Source: a virus (Duplodnaviria > Caudoviricetes). Taken from it: a stretch of DNA of 64,000 bases. Of this stretch, positions 46,010 to 55,246 are shown one piece after another. How positions within the stretch are numbered: the stretch's first letter is position 1; each line of letters starts with the position of its first letter. A program made the position numbers and the translations under genes. The notes under the pieces are model-generated. The model was not told where the DNA came from, searched no databases, and saw only the letters and a program-made list of their open reading frames with translations. Where the stretch lies: positions 36,329-100,328 of the IMG/VR virus record IMGVR_UViG_3300020577_006613. One strand, 5' to 3'.

Positions 46010-46111
46010 CATTTAAGGCTTGTTTTATAGCATTTCCAGGGAGTGGTGCAAATTATGCGTGGAAAGAGTTCTCAGAGGGTCGAAATAGTCGAAGAAGAGA
46101 TAGGTTGTTCA

Positions 46112-46669
46112 ATGAGCAAACTTTGGAGTGAAACTATGAGCGAAACGAATCGAAAGACAGAATGGAATCAGAACTTTGAACAGGTGAAGGCGTTTGCAGC
46201 CAATAATAAGCGTTGGCCGTCAACGACTTCTAAGGATGAAACCGAGAAGGCACTTGGTCAATGGTGGAGCCGTCAGAAGTATCTGCTCGGCAAAAAGGCA
46301 AACGGAGATAAAGCCCCTGGTATTTCTCCTGAAAGAGAAGTTATTCTCAAGGCTCTTATCGAAGAGAACACAAGCTTCGAAAGAGACGGTATCTGGGAAG
46401 GTCGTTACAACAAGGTTGTTGCTAAGTTCAAGGCAGACGGTAAGCTTTGGCCCTACGCTACAACTGATATCGAAGAACTCAAGAGCATTCGTTGGTGGAA
46501 TCAGCAAAAGACTTTCGCGAGAAAGTTCAAGGCCGAACCCGACAAGGCTTATGGAGGCATGACTCAGGATCGCTATAACAAGATTGTTGTCCTTATGCGA
46601 GAAATGGGACAGGATCTTAAAGAGGCAACGGACGCCGCTCCGGTTGCTAATAGCGTAACACAGTCATGA
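46112..46669 (+). CDS. helicase-associated (HA) repeat protein
   Basis: Two repeats W...F/Y......F......WP......E.....WW..QK. Confidence 0.75.
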   Translation: MSKLWSETMSETNRKTEWNQNFEQVKAFAANNKRWPSTTSKDETEKALGQWWSRQKYLLGKKANGDKAPGISPEREVILKALIEENTSFERDGIWEGRYNKVVAKFKADGKLWPYATTDIEELKSIRWWNQQKTFARKFKAEPDKAYGGMTQDRYNKIVVLMREMGQDLKEATDAAPVANSVTQS

Positions 46670-47055
46670 GCGACTCTCCTAACCCGCTAGAAAGGAAAAG
46701 CCCTATGTCTACGACCGTATCTAAGAATGCATCAATCAACGATGGTATTGCAGCCCTAGACGACCATCGTAGACGACTTGGTATTGCCTCTCTACATGGT
46801 AAGATTAAGGCTTGCGCTGCCTTGCTAGATTACGCAAACAAGGTTTGCGGCGAAAGCGCTAAGTCTTACGAAGACCCTGAAGAAACAGAAGCGCATTTGT
46901 ACTCTTGTATCGAAGGCGTTTATACCTCCCTCGCAGAGGTTTTTGAGCATGTACAAGTTGGGCTTGTTCTTTGTCAAAAGATAGTTGGCGATAATAACGT
47001 CAACCCTCTTGAAAAGTTTACCGCTGCGATGAAAGAAGAAAATAAGATTGTATAA
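46666..47055 (+). CDS. hypothetical protein
   Basis: Start may be 46705. Confidence 0.65.
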   Translation: MSDSPNPLERKSPMSTTVSKNASINDGIAALDDHRRRLGIASLHGKIKACAALLDYANKVCGESAKSYEDPEETEAHLYSCIEGVYTSLAEVFEHVQVGLVLCQKIVGDNNVNPLEKFTAAMKEENKIV

Positions 47056-47126
47056 TCTCACGGCTAGACTTCCAGTTGACTAAAAATTAGATTCAGGAAA
47101 ACGAAACTCACAACAAGGTTGTTAAG

Positions 47127-47498
47127 ATGGATGTCTATTCAAAAGCTCTAAAGTATTTCAAAGAAAACCCAAGCAGAATACCAGAAGTATGGGATGACCC
47201 CAAAAGTCATTGGTCTGGTGTTCTGTTCCAATCTGTAACTCCCGATGGCTACGGCCAACAGAATGAAAACGGTCTTTTCTGCGGCGATTTATGCGAAATC
47301 CGCTCTCTTATGGCAAGCGCATGGACGCTTGAATTGCAGGAAGAGATTATGAACGACCCTCGCATCCCTAAGCTTTATGCGAGCAATGGTTACTTGCCCA
47401 AGCTTACAAGCGAAATACTCGAAGTCTTTGCTGAATGGCAAAGAAAGATCGATAAGGAAATTGACAGGAATCCTGAAGATTTCAAAGTTGAGGAGTAA
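47127..47498 (+). CDS. hypothetical protein
   Basis: Downstream of 11-mer variant. Confidence 0.7.
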   Translation: MDVYSKALKYFKENPSRIPEVWDDPKSHWSGVLFQSVTPDGYGQQNENGLFCGDLCEIRSLMASAWTLELQEEIMNDPRIPKLYASNGYLPKLTSEILEVFAEWQRKIDKEIDRNPEDFKVEE

Positions 47499-47503
47499 GC
47501 CTT

Positions 47504-47851
47504 ATGACGGATTCAATACCACAGAATCCTCTTAAGGTTCTTGAGGAACTCTGTAAGCATCCTGTCCTTTACATCAATACGCACTTCAGAGACTACGATG
47601 GAAATAAAGCCTTCGTTGTTTCTGTTTCTAACGAAGAGCCTCATATCATTGAGGACAAGAGAGAAGCGTTATGGCAAAAGAGCGCAATGGTTGTTGATAT
47701 CTTCTACGACCCCAACCTTCATCTTGATAATCTCAATACAGAAGTATTGTACTCTCTTACTCATTGGGTCAAGATATTCTGCTATACCTTGACGTTCAAA
47801 GGACACGAAGTGTTCATTGAAAACAAGCTTTTCCGACCATTTGAGGACTAA
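47504..47851 (+). CDS. hypothetical protein (paralog of next)
   Basis: YTLTFKGHEVFI. Confidence 0.65.
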   Translation: MTDSIPQNPLKVLEELCKHPVLYINTHFRDYDGNKAFVVSVSNEEPHIIEDKREALWQKSAMVVDIFYDPNLHLDNLNTEVLYSLTHWVKIFCYTLTFKGHEVFIENKLFRPFED

Positions 47852-47852
47852 C

Positions 47853-48401
47853 ATGGAAGTTGACATTACAAGTCTTGATTATCAAGCTTCTATTGCTAGA
47901 GCTAAGCTTTGCGAAGATATCTTCGATAGCATCTCCATCTACATGCACATCACAACGAGCGAGTCTCTTACAACAATGGAAGATACCGCTCATCATCTTT
48001 CCAGACTCTCCATATCAAATGTTGAGTTTACAGACCCGACATGGAAGGATGCCTTGTTCCACATAGATGCCGATCACTTCTCCGAAGCAGCAAAAGAAGA
48101 AATGAAGAGTATGGGAGAAGCAGACCCGTCTTTTCTGGTATCTTTTTCTAACGCAAGCTATGAACGCCACAAAAAACTCATGCTTGACCTTGCCTACATC
48201 CTTACTATTCGAGGCCATGAAGTCTTCATCTGCACTTCTAGAAATCCATCCGAGAGAAATGGAAGCTATACTGACTTCTCCAAACCTCTCCGAGACACTA
48301 TACGAAAAATGAAAGACACCCTGGAGCCTAAAGCATGCGCTTGCGGTAAATGCGAATCCTGCGTTACAGCGTATGCTAGCCTCCACAGAGATAGCTGGTA
48401 A
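47853..48401 (+). CDS. hypothetical protein
   Basis: GAGG RBS; YILTIRGHEVFI; CACGKCESC. Confidence 0.65.
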   Translation: MEVDITSLDYQASIARAKLCEDIFDSISIYMHITTSESLTTMEDTAHHLSRLSISNVEFTDPTWKDALFHIDADHFSEAAKEEMKSMGEADPSFLVSFSNASYERHKKLMLDLAYILTIRGHEVFICTSRNPSERNGSYTDFSKPLRDTIRKMKDTLEPKACACGKCESCVTAYASLHRDSW

Positions 48402-48414
48402 AGGAAATCACATC

Positions 48415-48639
48415 ATGATCATCAAACTTTTGTTCGGTATCCTCCTGTTCATCGCCGCCCTCGGCCTTTGGAATAATCCCTCCAATATGAATGCGTCTGC
48501 TCGCAGAGCAATCGCAACCATATGCGGAGCCATAGGTATTATCTTCCTGCTTCCCGCCGTTCTCTCTTTCGCTATCTCTGGCATCATAACAGTTGCCGTA
48601 ATCCTCGCCATCGTTGTTCTCATCAGAATCATCTTCTAA
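48415..48639 (+). CDS. small membrane protein
   Basis: AAGGA RBS; hydrophobic. Confidence 0.65.
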   Translation: MIIKLLFGILLFIAALGLWNNPSNMNASARRAIATICGAIGIIFLLPAVLSFAISGIITVAVILAIVVLIRIIF

Positions 48640-49427
48640 TGTCCGGTCAAAGGCCAAACTCGAAGCCCATTTACCACAACTACACAGTCTTGTCGCCTGA
48701 TGGAATCGAAATGTTCCGTTGCGATAAGAAAAAGTTCGAGTGGTATCTCAAAAGAGGACTGGCAACTCAAGTAGATGAGGATGCTATACGCCTCCTTTTC
48801 AAGCCTAAAGGCCTTGGATGGGCAGGAGAACACTTCTATCTACAAGACAGAGAGAATAGATGCTGCGTCTGCGGTTGTAATGAAAACCTGACAAAGCATC
48901 ACGTTGTTCCATATTGCTATCGCAGATATATGCCAGTTGATATCAAAGAGAATAACTACTTTGATGTTCTTCCTGTTTGCGTTGATTGTCATGCTGACTA
49001 TGAAAAAATCGCGCAACAAAAGAAGAAAGAACTCGCCAAGCAATATGAAGCGCCGCTCGAAGGTATCAACAACCTAAATGAGTCGAAGTCTCTCAAGCAC
49101 GCTAGAACCCTCAAGCAACATGGTAGCAAAATACCAGAAGCTCGTCGGAAACAAATGATCGGAAGCATCGCAGAAGAACTTGGAATCACAGAACAAGAAC
49201 TTGAAAAAGTCATAAATCACGACATAACCTGTAACAACATATCCTGGAACAAAGAAGCTACTAACTTCAAAGCGCATGGCGAAATTGTGATAAGCAAGAT
49301 TCCCTCCATTCAAAGTTTCTTCGAGGAGTGGAGAAGTCATTTTGTCGCTTCCATGAAGCCGAAATACCTTCCGAAGAACTGGGAAATCGAAAGGGATTCT
49401 CATGGCAGACGAAAAGCGACCGGCTAA
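48639..49427 (+). CDS. HNH-like protein resembling EXD2 C-terminal region
   Basis: IYHN..VLSPDG..MF.CD.KK..WYL.RGLA; CCVCG..ENLT.HHVVP.CYR; C..CH..YE. Confidence 0.7.
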   Translation: MSGQRPNSKPIYHNYTVLSPDGIEMFRCDKKKFEWYLKRGLATQVDEDAIRLLFKPKGLGWAGEHFYLQDRENRCCVCGCNENLTKHHVVPYCYRRYMPVDIKENNYFDVLPVCVDCHADYEKIAQQKKKELAKQYEAPLEGINNLNESKSLKHARTLKQHGSKIPEARRKQMIGSIAEELGITEQELEKVINHDITCNNISWNKEATNFKAHGEIVISKIPSIQSFFEEWRSHFVASMKPKYLPKNWEIERDSHGRRKATG

Positions 49428-49803
49428 ACTTATCAAGGCTGTCCCCGTCATATGCTTGCAGATTTTCTGCTTGTTTATTGTGCTACTCGGAAGCCTAGCA
49501 TTCTTTCTTCTCTTCTTCTACTCTTCACTTTTTACCGCCCTCGGCTTTTTGGGCACTATTGTACTTCTTGCCCTGCTATGCCTAGGATCGGCCTTCCTTG
49601 CGGCAACAGGATTCAAGTATGTTACAACCCTCACCTCCCAAACAGAAGTTCCGTGGTTTGAGGTTCTTGCAGTATACTTCATCTCGATAATGTTGACTGC
49701 AACTTGTGTTGTCACAGCCGTCAGGGGCGTTCCTTGGGCTTTGAAACACTATTTGAAGTTGGAAACCAGGTGGGATGTCCCACCAATAAAAGGAGACTCA
49801 TAA
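49402..49803 (+). CDS. membrane protein
   Basis: 3 hydrophobic segments. Confidence 0.65.
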   Translation: MADEKRPAKLIKAVPVICLQIFCLFIVLLGSLAFFLLFFYSSLFTALGFLGTIVLLALLCLGSAFLAATGFKYVTTLTSQTEVPWFEVLAVYFISIMLTATCVVTAVRGVPWALKHYLKLETRWDVPPIKGDS

Positions 49804-49804
49804 A

Positions 49805-50125
49805 ATGAGTACGCAGACTTGTTCGCAAACTGGTAATACTGGCTCAGACGTTGGAGGCAGCGGTAGCTGCAATAGCGGCGGCAATGGCGGAGGCTTCGGT
49901 AGCAATAGCTTCCGCATGATCGTTGGTATCATCGCCGTTGTTGCTGTTGCTGGTGGTATTTACATCTGGTCTCAGTCGTCCTCTGAGCCTGCCCCCAGCA
50001 CCCGCGCTCAAACCCCCAACCGAGTCAACGCGCCAACTCCCGCCAACACGACCGTCCCCTCTACTCCTGCTGCACCCGCAACGCCTGCGGCTCCTGCACC
50101 CGCTCCGACCACCAGCGGATCGTAA
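49805..50125 (+). CDS. single-TM protein with G-rich N-tail and P/A/T-rich C-tail
   Basis: AGGAG RBS. Confidence 0.7.
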   Translation: MSTQTCSQTGNTGSDVGGSGSCNSGGNGGGFGSNSFRMIVGIIAVVAVAGGIYIWSQSSSEPAPSTRAQTPNRVNAPTPANTTVPSTPAAPATPAAPAPAPTTSGS

Positions 50126-50151
50126 ACAACAACTTTGATTCTTGAACTCCT

Positions 50152-50180
50152 AAACGGCGGGTACTTCACCCGCCGTTTTT
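50152..50180 (+). terminator. intrinsic terminator
   Basis: AAACGGCGGGT-ACTTC-ACCCGCCGTTT-TT. Confidence 0.85.
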
Positions 50181-50283
50181 CTGTGCCTTCACTTGTTTCT
50201 TGCCTTTAGCCAACAAATGACTTACAATACTCTTCGCATAATCCCACTTCCGCGCAAATACAAACTCAAGCAAGAGACAAGTA

Positions 50284-50745
50284 ATGCAGATCTTCTTTTT
50301 TCATGGCGAAGAGATTTCTCAATACAGACAGTATGAGGCCATTCTCTTTGGCCCTGGAAGACTTCACTTGCACGGAGGACTCTTTAGAGTTCTCCAAAAC
50401 CCAATAGCTTATCCCCCAACCATCTTCGCCGTAGCAGAAGATAGTTACAAAAGTCCCTTTAGCTTGGTTACTATCACAAGTAATCCCGCTAAAGGGACTT
50501 CTCTTATATGCGATGCCTCATTCTCAACTACCAATAACCCCTACGTCTTCCCTAACCACGAAATGATGGCCTTCACAGATCCTGATTTCAGAGGAATCGG
50601 TAGAACAAAGAAAGTCATCAAAAAGCTCATCCAACATCGCGGAGTTGATAAGAATGACCAAATCTATGTCTACTCCCAACGTATGCGACATATGGTGTCC
50701 TCTCTTGGACATAAAGCCATCAACCTCCACGAATACACAACCTGA
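50284..50745 (+). CDS. possible GNAT acetyltransferase
   Basis: FTDPDFRGIG motif A-like. Confidence 0.5.
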   Translation: MQIFFFHGEEISQYRQYEAILFGPGRLHLHGGLFRVLQNPIAYPPTIFAVAEDSYKSPFSLVTITSNPAKGTSLICDASFSTTNNPYVFPNHEMMAFTDPDFRGIGRTKKVIKKLIQHRGVDKNDQIYVYSQRMRHMVSSLGHKAINLHEYTT

Positions 50746-50755
50746 AGGAATAAAC

Positions 50756-51001
50756 ATGAAGCCCACTCTCCTCAAGTTCATGACAAACATTCTTGTAATC
50801 GTTTTGATTGGACACTCTGTATCCCAGTTCTTTCTCTATTCATACCTTCAACAATCGCTCTCTACAGAAGACGTTTATCGCATACTCCTTCTCAACTCTT
50901 TCTTCACCCTTCTCGCCTGGACCGTTTTCACTCCCCTTTATTATCACCTCGTTCATGGTCGCCTCTTCCGGCAAACCCCCAATAAGGAGATTCTCTCTTG
51001 A
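50756..51001 (+). CDS. small membrane protein
   Basis: AAGGA RBS; 2 TM. Confidence 0.6.
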   Translation: MKPTLLKFMTNILVIVLIGHSVSQFFLYSYLQQSLSTEDVYRILLLNSFFTLLAWTVFTPLYYHLVHGRLFRQTPNKEILS

Positions 51002-51174
51002 ATCGTTACATCGCTGTTCGTAATGAACTTCATGAAAGAGTCGGAGATGAACTCCGTATCATCGCAACCTTCCAGTTCGAAGAAGATTGCTATGCCGTCG
51101 CAAAATCTATGAACGAAAGATTTTCGCGCACAAAAGCCGAAGAACCAGCAGAACTCGAACTCGTAGAGGTGTAA
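50998..51174 (+). CDS. small hypothetical protein (58 aa, TTG start)
   Basis: AAGGAG RBS; MNRYIAVRNELHERVGDELRIIATF... Confidence 0.55.
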   Translation: MNRYIAVRNELHERVGDELRIIATFQFEEDCYAVAKSMNERFSRTKAEEPAELELVEV

Positions 51175-51816
51175 TTGCTCACAATCGAAGCAGGACTGGC
51201 TCTCGGAGACTCTATTATCTGCAATGGTATGGTTCGCCATTACGCAGAAAAACAACCAATTCAACTCTACTGCAAAGACTTCCTGGAACCCCAAATACGC
51301 TTCATGTACAGAGACCAGCCCCAAATCACAATCCTGCCCCTAAAAACAGATTCAAAAGGCGATACCCTACCACACCCTAAAGCAGATGTTCATGCAGAAT
51401 ATAAAAGAAGAAGAAACTTCGACTCCCTCATGTACCAAGAAACTAACACACCCTTCGAGTACAGATGGAAAAAGTTCAAGATACTAAGAGACCCACAAAG
51501 AGAAGTTTCTCTTTTCCAAAAGCTTAATCTCAAACCAGACCACTCCTACATACTCTACTGTAATACAACTTCTACTAAAACCTATGATCTCAAACTGCCA
51601 GAAGTAAAGCATAAAGTAAAGGTCGAACCCCTTACTAACCTGATATTCGATTGGCTCGCAGTTGCTCAGTTCTCTAAAGAAATACACACAGTCGATACGT
51701 CATTTTTCAATCTTGTACAGTCATTCAGTAATATGCCCAAAATCTTCCTGCATGACCTCAAAGATTGTCCTCACCCAAGCCTTAACTATCAAACATCTGT
51801 AATAAAATACCCATGA
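51175..51816 (+). CDS. GT-B/glycosyltransferase-like protein
   Basis: LGDSIICNG.VR, IFDW, EIHTVDTSF. Confidence 0.55.
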   Translation: MLTIEAGLALGDSIICNGMVRHYAEKQPIQLYCKDFLEPQIRFMYRDQPQITILPLKTDSKGDTLPHPKADVHAEYKRRRNFDSLMYQETNTPFEYRWKKFKILRDPQREVSLFQKLNLKPDHSYILYCNTTSTKTYDLKLPEVKHKVKVEPLTNLIFDWLAVAQFSKEIHTVDTSFFNLVQSFSNMPKIFLHDLKDCPHPSLNYQTSVIKYP

Positions 51817-52007
51817 ACCCCAAACTCCTCAAAATAGCCAGAATCTCTATCTATGCCCTCACCTCTGCCTACTTCTCGTTCCAAGCCTACAACTCGTCAC
51901 TCATCCATGATGCCTTCAAGTCGGTTGTCTCCCTCACACTCGCCCTGTACATAGTAGCAATGTCAATGTTCCTACTCATAACAGAACTCACGGATAAAAA
52001 ACAATGA
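51813..52007 (+). CDS. small membrane protein
   Basis: ATGA overlaps. Confidence 0.6.
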   Translation: MNPKLLKIARISIYALTSAYFSFQAYNSSLIHDAFKSVVSLTLALYIVAMSMFLLITELTDKKQ

Positions 52008-52381
52008 CAGTTTCAATATCTTCAGACTCAGAATCAGTCGTCAACAAGGCTTTGTCTACATTCCTTGAAGCCCTGCCAAAACAAAAGCTTCCAGAAGAGG
52101 CCCAAGCTCACCTAGTAACGAAAGGCGGTAAACTCGAACAGATTCGTATTCGAGTCTTCATGGGCAAGAAATGGTTCATTCTCAATAACTACAAAACACT
52201 TGCCGTTATCTACGTCTACCAAGACATAATGTATGACTACAACCTCAAAGTTGTCTGCTACGACAAAAGCGTTGAAGAAGCCTGCTTGGAAGCTATGAAA
52301 GAAGTTGCTAATCAAGTTCCTGAATTCCAGAAAACAATGTTCGGCGAGCATTGCTCCCTAACCCGTAAAGGTTACTATTGA
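52004..52381 (+). CDS. hypothetical protein
   Basis: ATGA overlap. Confidence 0.65.
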   Translation: MTVSISSDSESVVNKALSTFLEALPKQKLPEEAQAHLVTKGGKLEQIRIRVFMGKKWFILNNYKTLAVIYVYQDIMYDYNLKVVCYDKSVEEACLEAMKEVANQVPEFQKTMFGEHCSLTRKGYY

Positions 52382-52392
52382 AAGGAAACCTT

Positions 52393-52680
52393 ATGAAGAA
52401 AGCTTTCTCCCTCATCGAACTCTTTGTTGTTGTCGCCGTTATAGGCATCATCCTCGCTATTGTCATTCCAGCAGTTTCATCTGTAAGGAAAAATGCAACA
52501 GAAGCGACCCAAACCCAAAATCATACCTTCATTACCCTCGGAGAGCCTTCTCCAATAGGCTCCTTCAAATATGCCTATGTCATAAAAGATACCGAAAATG
52601 ACCAGGAATACATAGTCATCTCCGAAACAGGAGCAGCCGTCACTATCACCCCAAGACTGCCTAAGAAAAAGGAAGAATAA
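52393..52680 (+). CDS. prepilin-type N-terminal cleavage/methylation protein with DUF6440-like C-domain
   Basis: KKA|FSLIELFVVVAVIGIILAIVIPAV; VIKDTENDQEYIV...ITPRL. Confidence 0.8.
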   Translation: MKKAFSLIELFVVVAVIGIILAIVIPAVSSVRKNATEATQTQNHTFITLGEPSPIGSFKYAYVIKDTENDQEYIVISETGAAVTITPRLPKKKEE

Positions 52681-53099
52681 TGAAGACCCACAGAAAAGGC
52701 TTCCATGCCCCTGAAACCCTCGTAGTCTTGGCTATCCTCGGACTCCTCGCAGGTATCCTCATACCAGCAATCTTCAAAGTTCGACAAACCGCTATTTCCG
52801 CGCAAAAACAAACACAGTCACAAACTAAATACCAACCACCCTCCCCAGAAGTCATCCAACAACGACAAGAAGCCGCCAGAAAAAGAGCAGAAGAACGACA
52901 GCAGCAAGAAGAAATCGAAAGACAAGCACAACTCGAACTCGAAAAAGAAAATGCAGTCTACGAAATCAACTTCATCCAAATCGACAGAGAACGTAACTTC
53001 AATATCTATACCCTCAGACACAGAAGAAATAACACAGAATACCTCCTCGTTGTTACACCAGAAGGCTCCTCCATCACCCCACTCCTAAAACCCCAATGA
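52680..53099 (+). CDS. second prepilin-like protein, paralog of previous
   Basis: RKG|FHAPETLVVLAILGLLAGILIPAI; TEYLLV.....SITPLL. Confidence 0.75.
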   Translation: MKTHRKGFHAPETLVVLAILGLLAGILIPAIFKVRQTAISAQKQTQSQTKYQPPSPEVIQQRQEAARKRAEERQQQEEIERQAQLELEKENAVYEINFIQIDRERNFNIYTLRHRRNNTEYLLVVTPEGSSITPLLKPQ

Positions 53100-53548
53100 A
53101 AACTCATAACTATCACCAAATAGCTGATTCCATCCAAATCATCAGACAACTTGTTGATGAACATAAACGCTATCAAGAAGCTCTCACAATTATTGCGGGT
53201 ATCAAGTACCATACCCTCAGAACTACAGCACACGCCATCGCCGAATCTGCCCTCAATAACCTGCCCCTCCCACCAGGCACAGGCGTAGATTCTGATAAAC
53301 AATCTACTAATAGATACTTCAAGCCCAAACACTCCCTCTGGCCCTTCATGTGCGCCTTCGACCAAAATGGAAATCACTTGCCCACAAACGAATTCCCATA
53401 CGGAATCCCCCCACCAGAACAACCCTCCCTCCAAGCAATACTCACAGAAGTAAATCTTGGAACATGGGTAGAAGTCTTCGACCCACTCAACCCTAATCCC
53501 ACCAACCCCTGCCATATATGCGGAAATCCTGATTGTAAGAAAAGTTGA
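53096..53548 (+). CDS. hypothetical protein, C-terminal CHICG..C
   Basis: ATGA overlap. Confidence 0.55.
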   Translation: MKTHNYHQIADSIQIIRQLVDEHKRYQEALTIIAGIKYHTLRTTAHAIAESALNNLPLPPGTGVDSDKQSTNRYFKPKHSLWPFMCAFDQNGNHLPTNEFPYGIPPPEQPSLQAILTEVNLGTWVEVFDPLNPNPTNPCHICGNPDCKKS

Positions 53549-53859
53549 ACTTACCCCAATTTTTCGCGCAAACAAGCTCAACCCCACCAACAACAATCCC
53601 ACCACCAACCGTAGCACCAGAAAGAGAAGCATCCATGCTCGTAATAGCCCTCGCCATACTGTACACCCTCATAGGCTTTTATGTAGCTTTCCTATGCCTA
53701 CTCTTCCCCTTAGCCTTCCTCCCCAACTGGATAGATAAGCTCATCAACAAAGTCAAAACACCAGAACTCAAAATAATACTCGCTGTATCCCTACTCATTC
53801 CCCTCTGGCCTATGGCTATACTCCACTTCGTATACACCTTCTTTAACCTCAAACTCTAA
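53545..53859 (+). CDS. membrane protein
   Basis: 2 TM, LWP motif. Confidence 0.55.
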   Translation: MNLPQFFAQTSSTPPTTIPPPTVAPEREASMLVIALAILYTLIGFYVAFLCLLFPLAFLPNWIDKLINKVKTPELKIILAVSLLIPLWPMAILHFVYTFFNLKL

Positions 53860-53936
53860 AGGATTCAACATCCTTCGAAACCTTAGAAAATCTTGCAGTA
53901 CAAAACCTTAGAATATCAAAGAAAAAGAATACACTC

Positions 53937-54341
53937 ATGAATGTCATAAAGAAGCTTCCTAAACTCAAACTTCCTCAACCCAAGACAGTCTTCTTTGTTA
54001 CCCTTTTAGTGTATGCTTTGCTTTTTACCATAGACATCTTCTATGGCAAAGCTCATACAGCAAACTTCTTCCTGTATGGCTTTGTACTTGCCGTTCTCTA
54101 CTTCGTATGGAAGTATGATGAAAAGCAAAAGATAGAACAAGCCCTTGAAGACCATAAGCTCAATGCAGAACTACTCAAGGCTTGCGGAGTTCTTCGTAAG
54201 ACACTAGTTGACAATGAAGCTACCAGAAAGGATTCATCATGTGGATGCACTCATGGGTGCCCCGCTGGGCTGACCCCAAAGAACCCCAACCAGAGTTCCG
54301 AGACCTCTCCTCCCTCTACTCCAAACCAATCAAATTGTTGA
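53937..54341 (+). CDS. membrane protein
   Basis: 2 TM plus coiled tail. Confidence 0.65.
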   Translation: MNVIKKLPKLKLPQPKTVFFVTLLVYALLFTIDIFYGKAHTANFFLYGFVLAVLYFVWKYDEKQKIEQALEDHKLNAELLKACGVLRKTLVDNEATRKDSSCGCTHGCPAGLTPKNPNQSSETSPPSTPNQSNC

Positions 54342-54430
54342 AAAGTTTGATGCAATGGTTGCGAAGAAGATGAACCCCAAGGATAACTCGTCGGAACTCC
54401 GAGGCTAGACTTTCAAAAGCAAACTTTGTA

Positions 54431-54682
54431 CTACAAGTGTAGCTGCAAGTTTACACTTGATGTCAACCAGAGGTTGCAACTTTCAAATGTAGTTGCAAGT
54501 TTCACTTGCAGACCCGTCTGGTGACGTAGAAATGAGGTTTTGTTGTGTCAAGAGTTAGAGGCTTGCCCCACTTTGCCCCCTTTTACCCCACTTGGACCCA
54601 CATGCGCTGAAATGTCATTCATTAGCGCGTCTGTCTTTAACAACTTGTAACTTCTAATTCACAAATAATAAAGCTACAAGTT
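54431..54682. repeat. iteron-like YTRCAAGT repeats in non-coding region (candidate replication origin)
   Basis: TGTAGCTGCAAGTTTACACTTG (54438) and TGTAGTTGCAAGTTTCACTTG (54488), plus CTACAAGT, GCTACAAGTT and inverted AACTTGTAAC; coincides with GC-skew switch. Confidence 0.6.
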
Positions 54683-54720
54683 ATGAGCTATAACGGCAGC
54701 ACTGAAACGGTTCCCACTGA

Positions 54721-54999
54721 ATGAAAGAAACGCTAATGCTAACACTGTTTCAAACTTTGGGATTACAAGCGCCGCCAACGCCGTTGTGGTTTCAATACTT
54801 GTTTTGTTATTTGGGAATGGGAGTAGCACTGAATGCTACTTTGAGCGAACTGCTCTTTCCGAAACGTAGCACTGAAACTCGTCCCACTGAACTACTGCTA
54901 ATGCTCTTTTGGCCTGGCTTTCTTAGTGTATGGTTTGTTAAGCTGTTGGTTCAGTTTGTTGGAATAATAAAGCTGTCGTTTATTCGTTGGATGGGTTAA
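54721..54999 (+). CDS. small membrane protein
   Basis: 2 TM, FWP motif similar to 53545 ORF; overlaps CACTGAA repeats. Confidence 0.45.
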   Translation: MKETLMLTLFQTLGLQAPPTPLWFQYLFCYLGMGVALNATLSELLFPKRSTETRPTELLLMLFWPGFLSVWFVKLLVQFVGIIKLSFIRWMG

Positions 55000-55003
55000 C
55001 GAT

Positions 55004-55036
55004 AAACGGCCCCTGAGATAACCTCAAGGGCCGTTT
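55004..55036. terminator. bidirectional terminator
   Basis: AAACGGCCCCTGAG-ATAAC-CTCAAGGGCCGTTT. Confidence 0.75.
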
Positions 55037-55160
55037 AGAATCCGACGACTTCCAGTTGGGAGAAGACAACTGTTGCCGCCCCGCCGACCTCCACTGCTAC
55101 TCTCTTCACTCCGAAAGGCGAAGCAAGATCCGAAAGCTCTTGTGGAGGCGGACTCCGCCG
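55037..55160 (-). ncRNA. candidate structured small RNA
   Basis: Own minus-strand 11-mer and TATTGT; several GC-rich stems; ends at terminator. Confidence 0.55.
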
Positions 55161-55246
55161 TACAATAGGACTTGTCCAAGAAAGTCTAGCCTTGGAGAGG
55201 ATACCTAGCAAAGCTAGCCGCCCCTCCTTGAAAGGGAGATGTTCTG

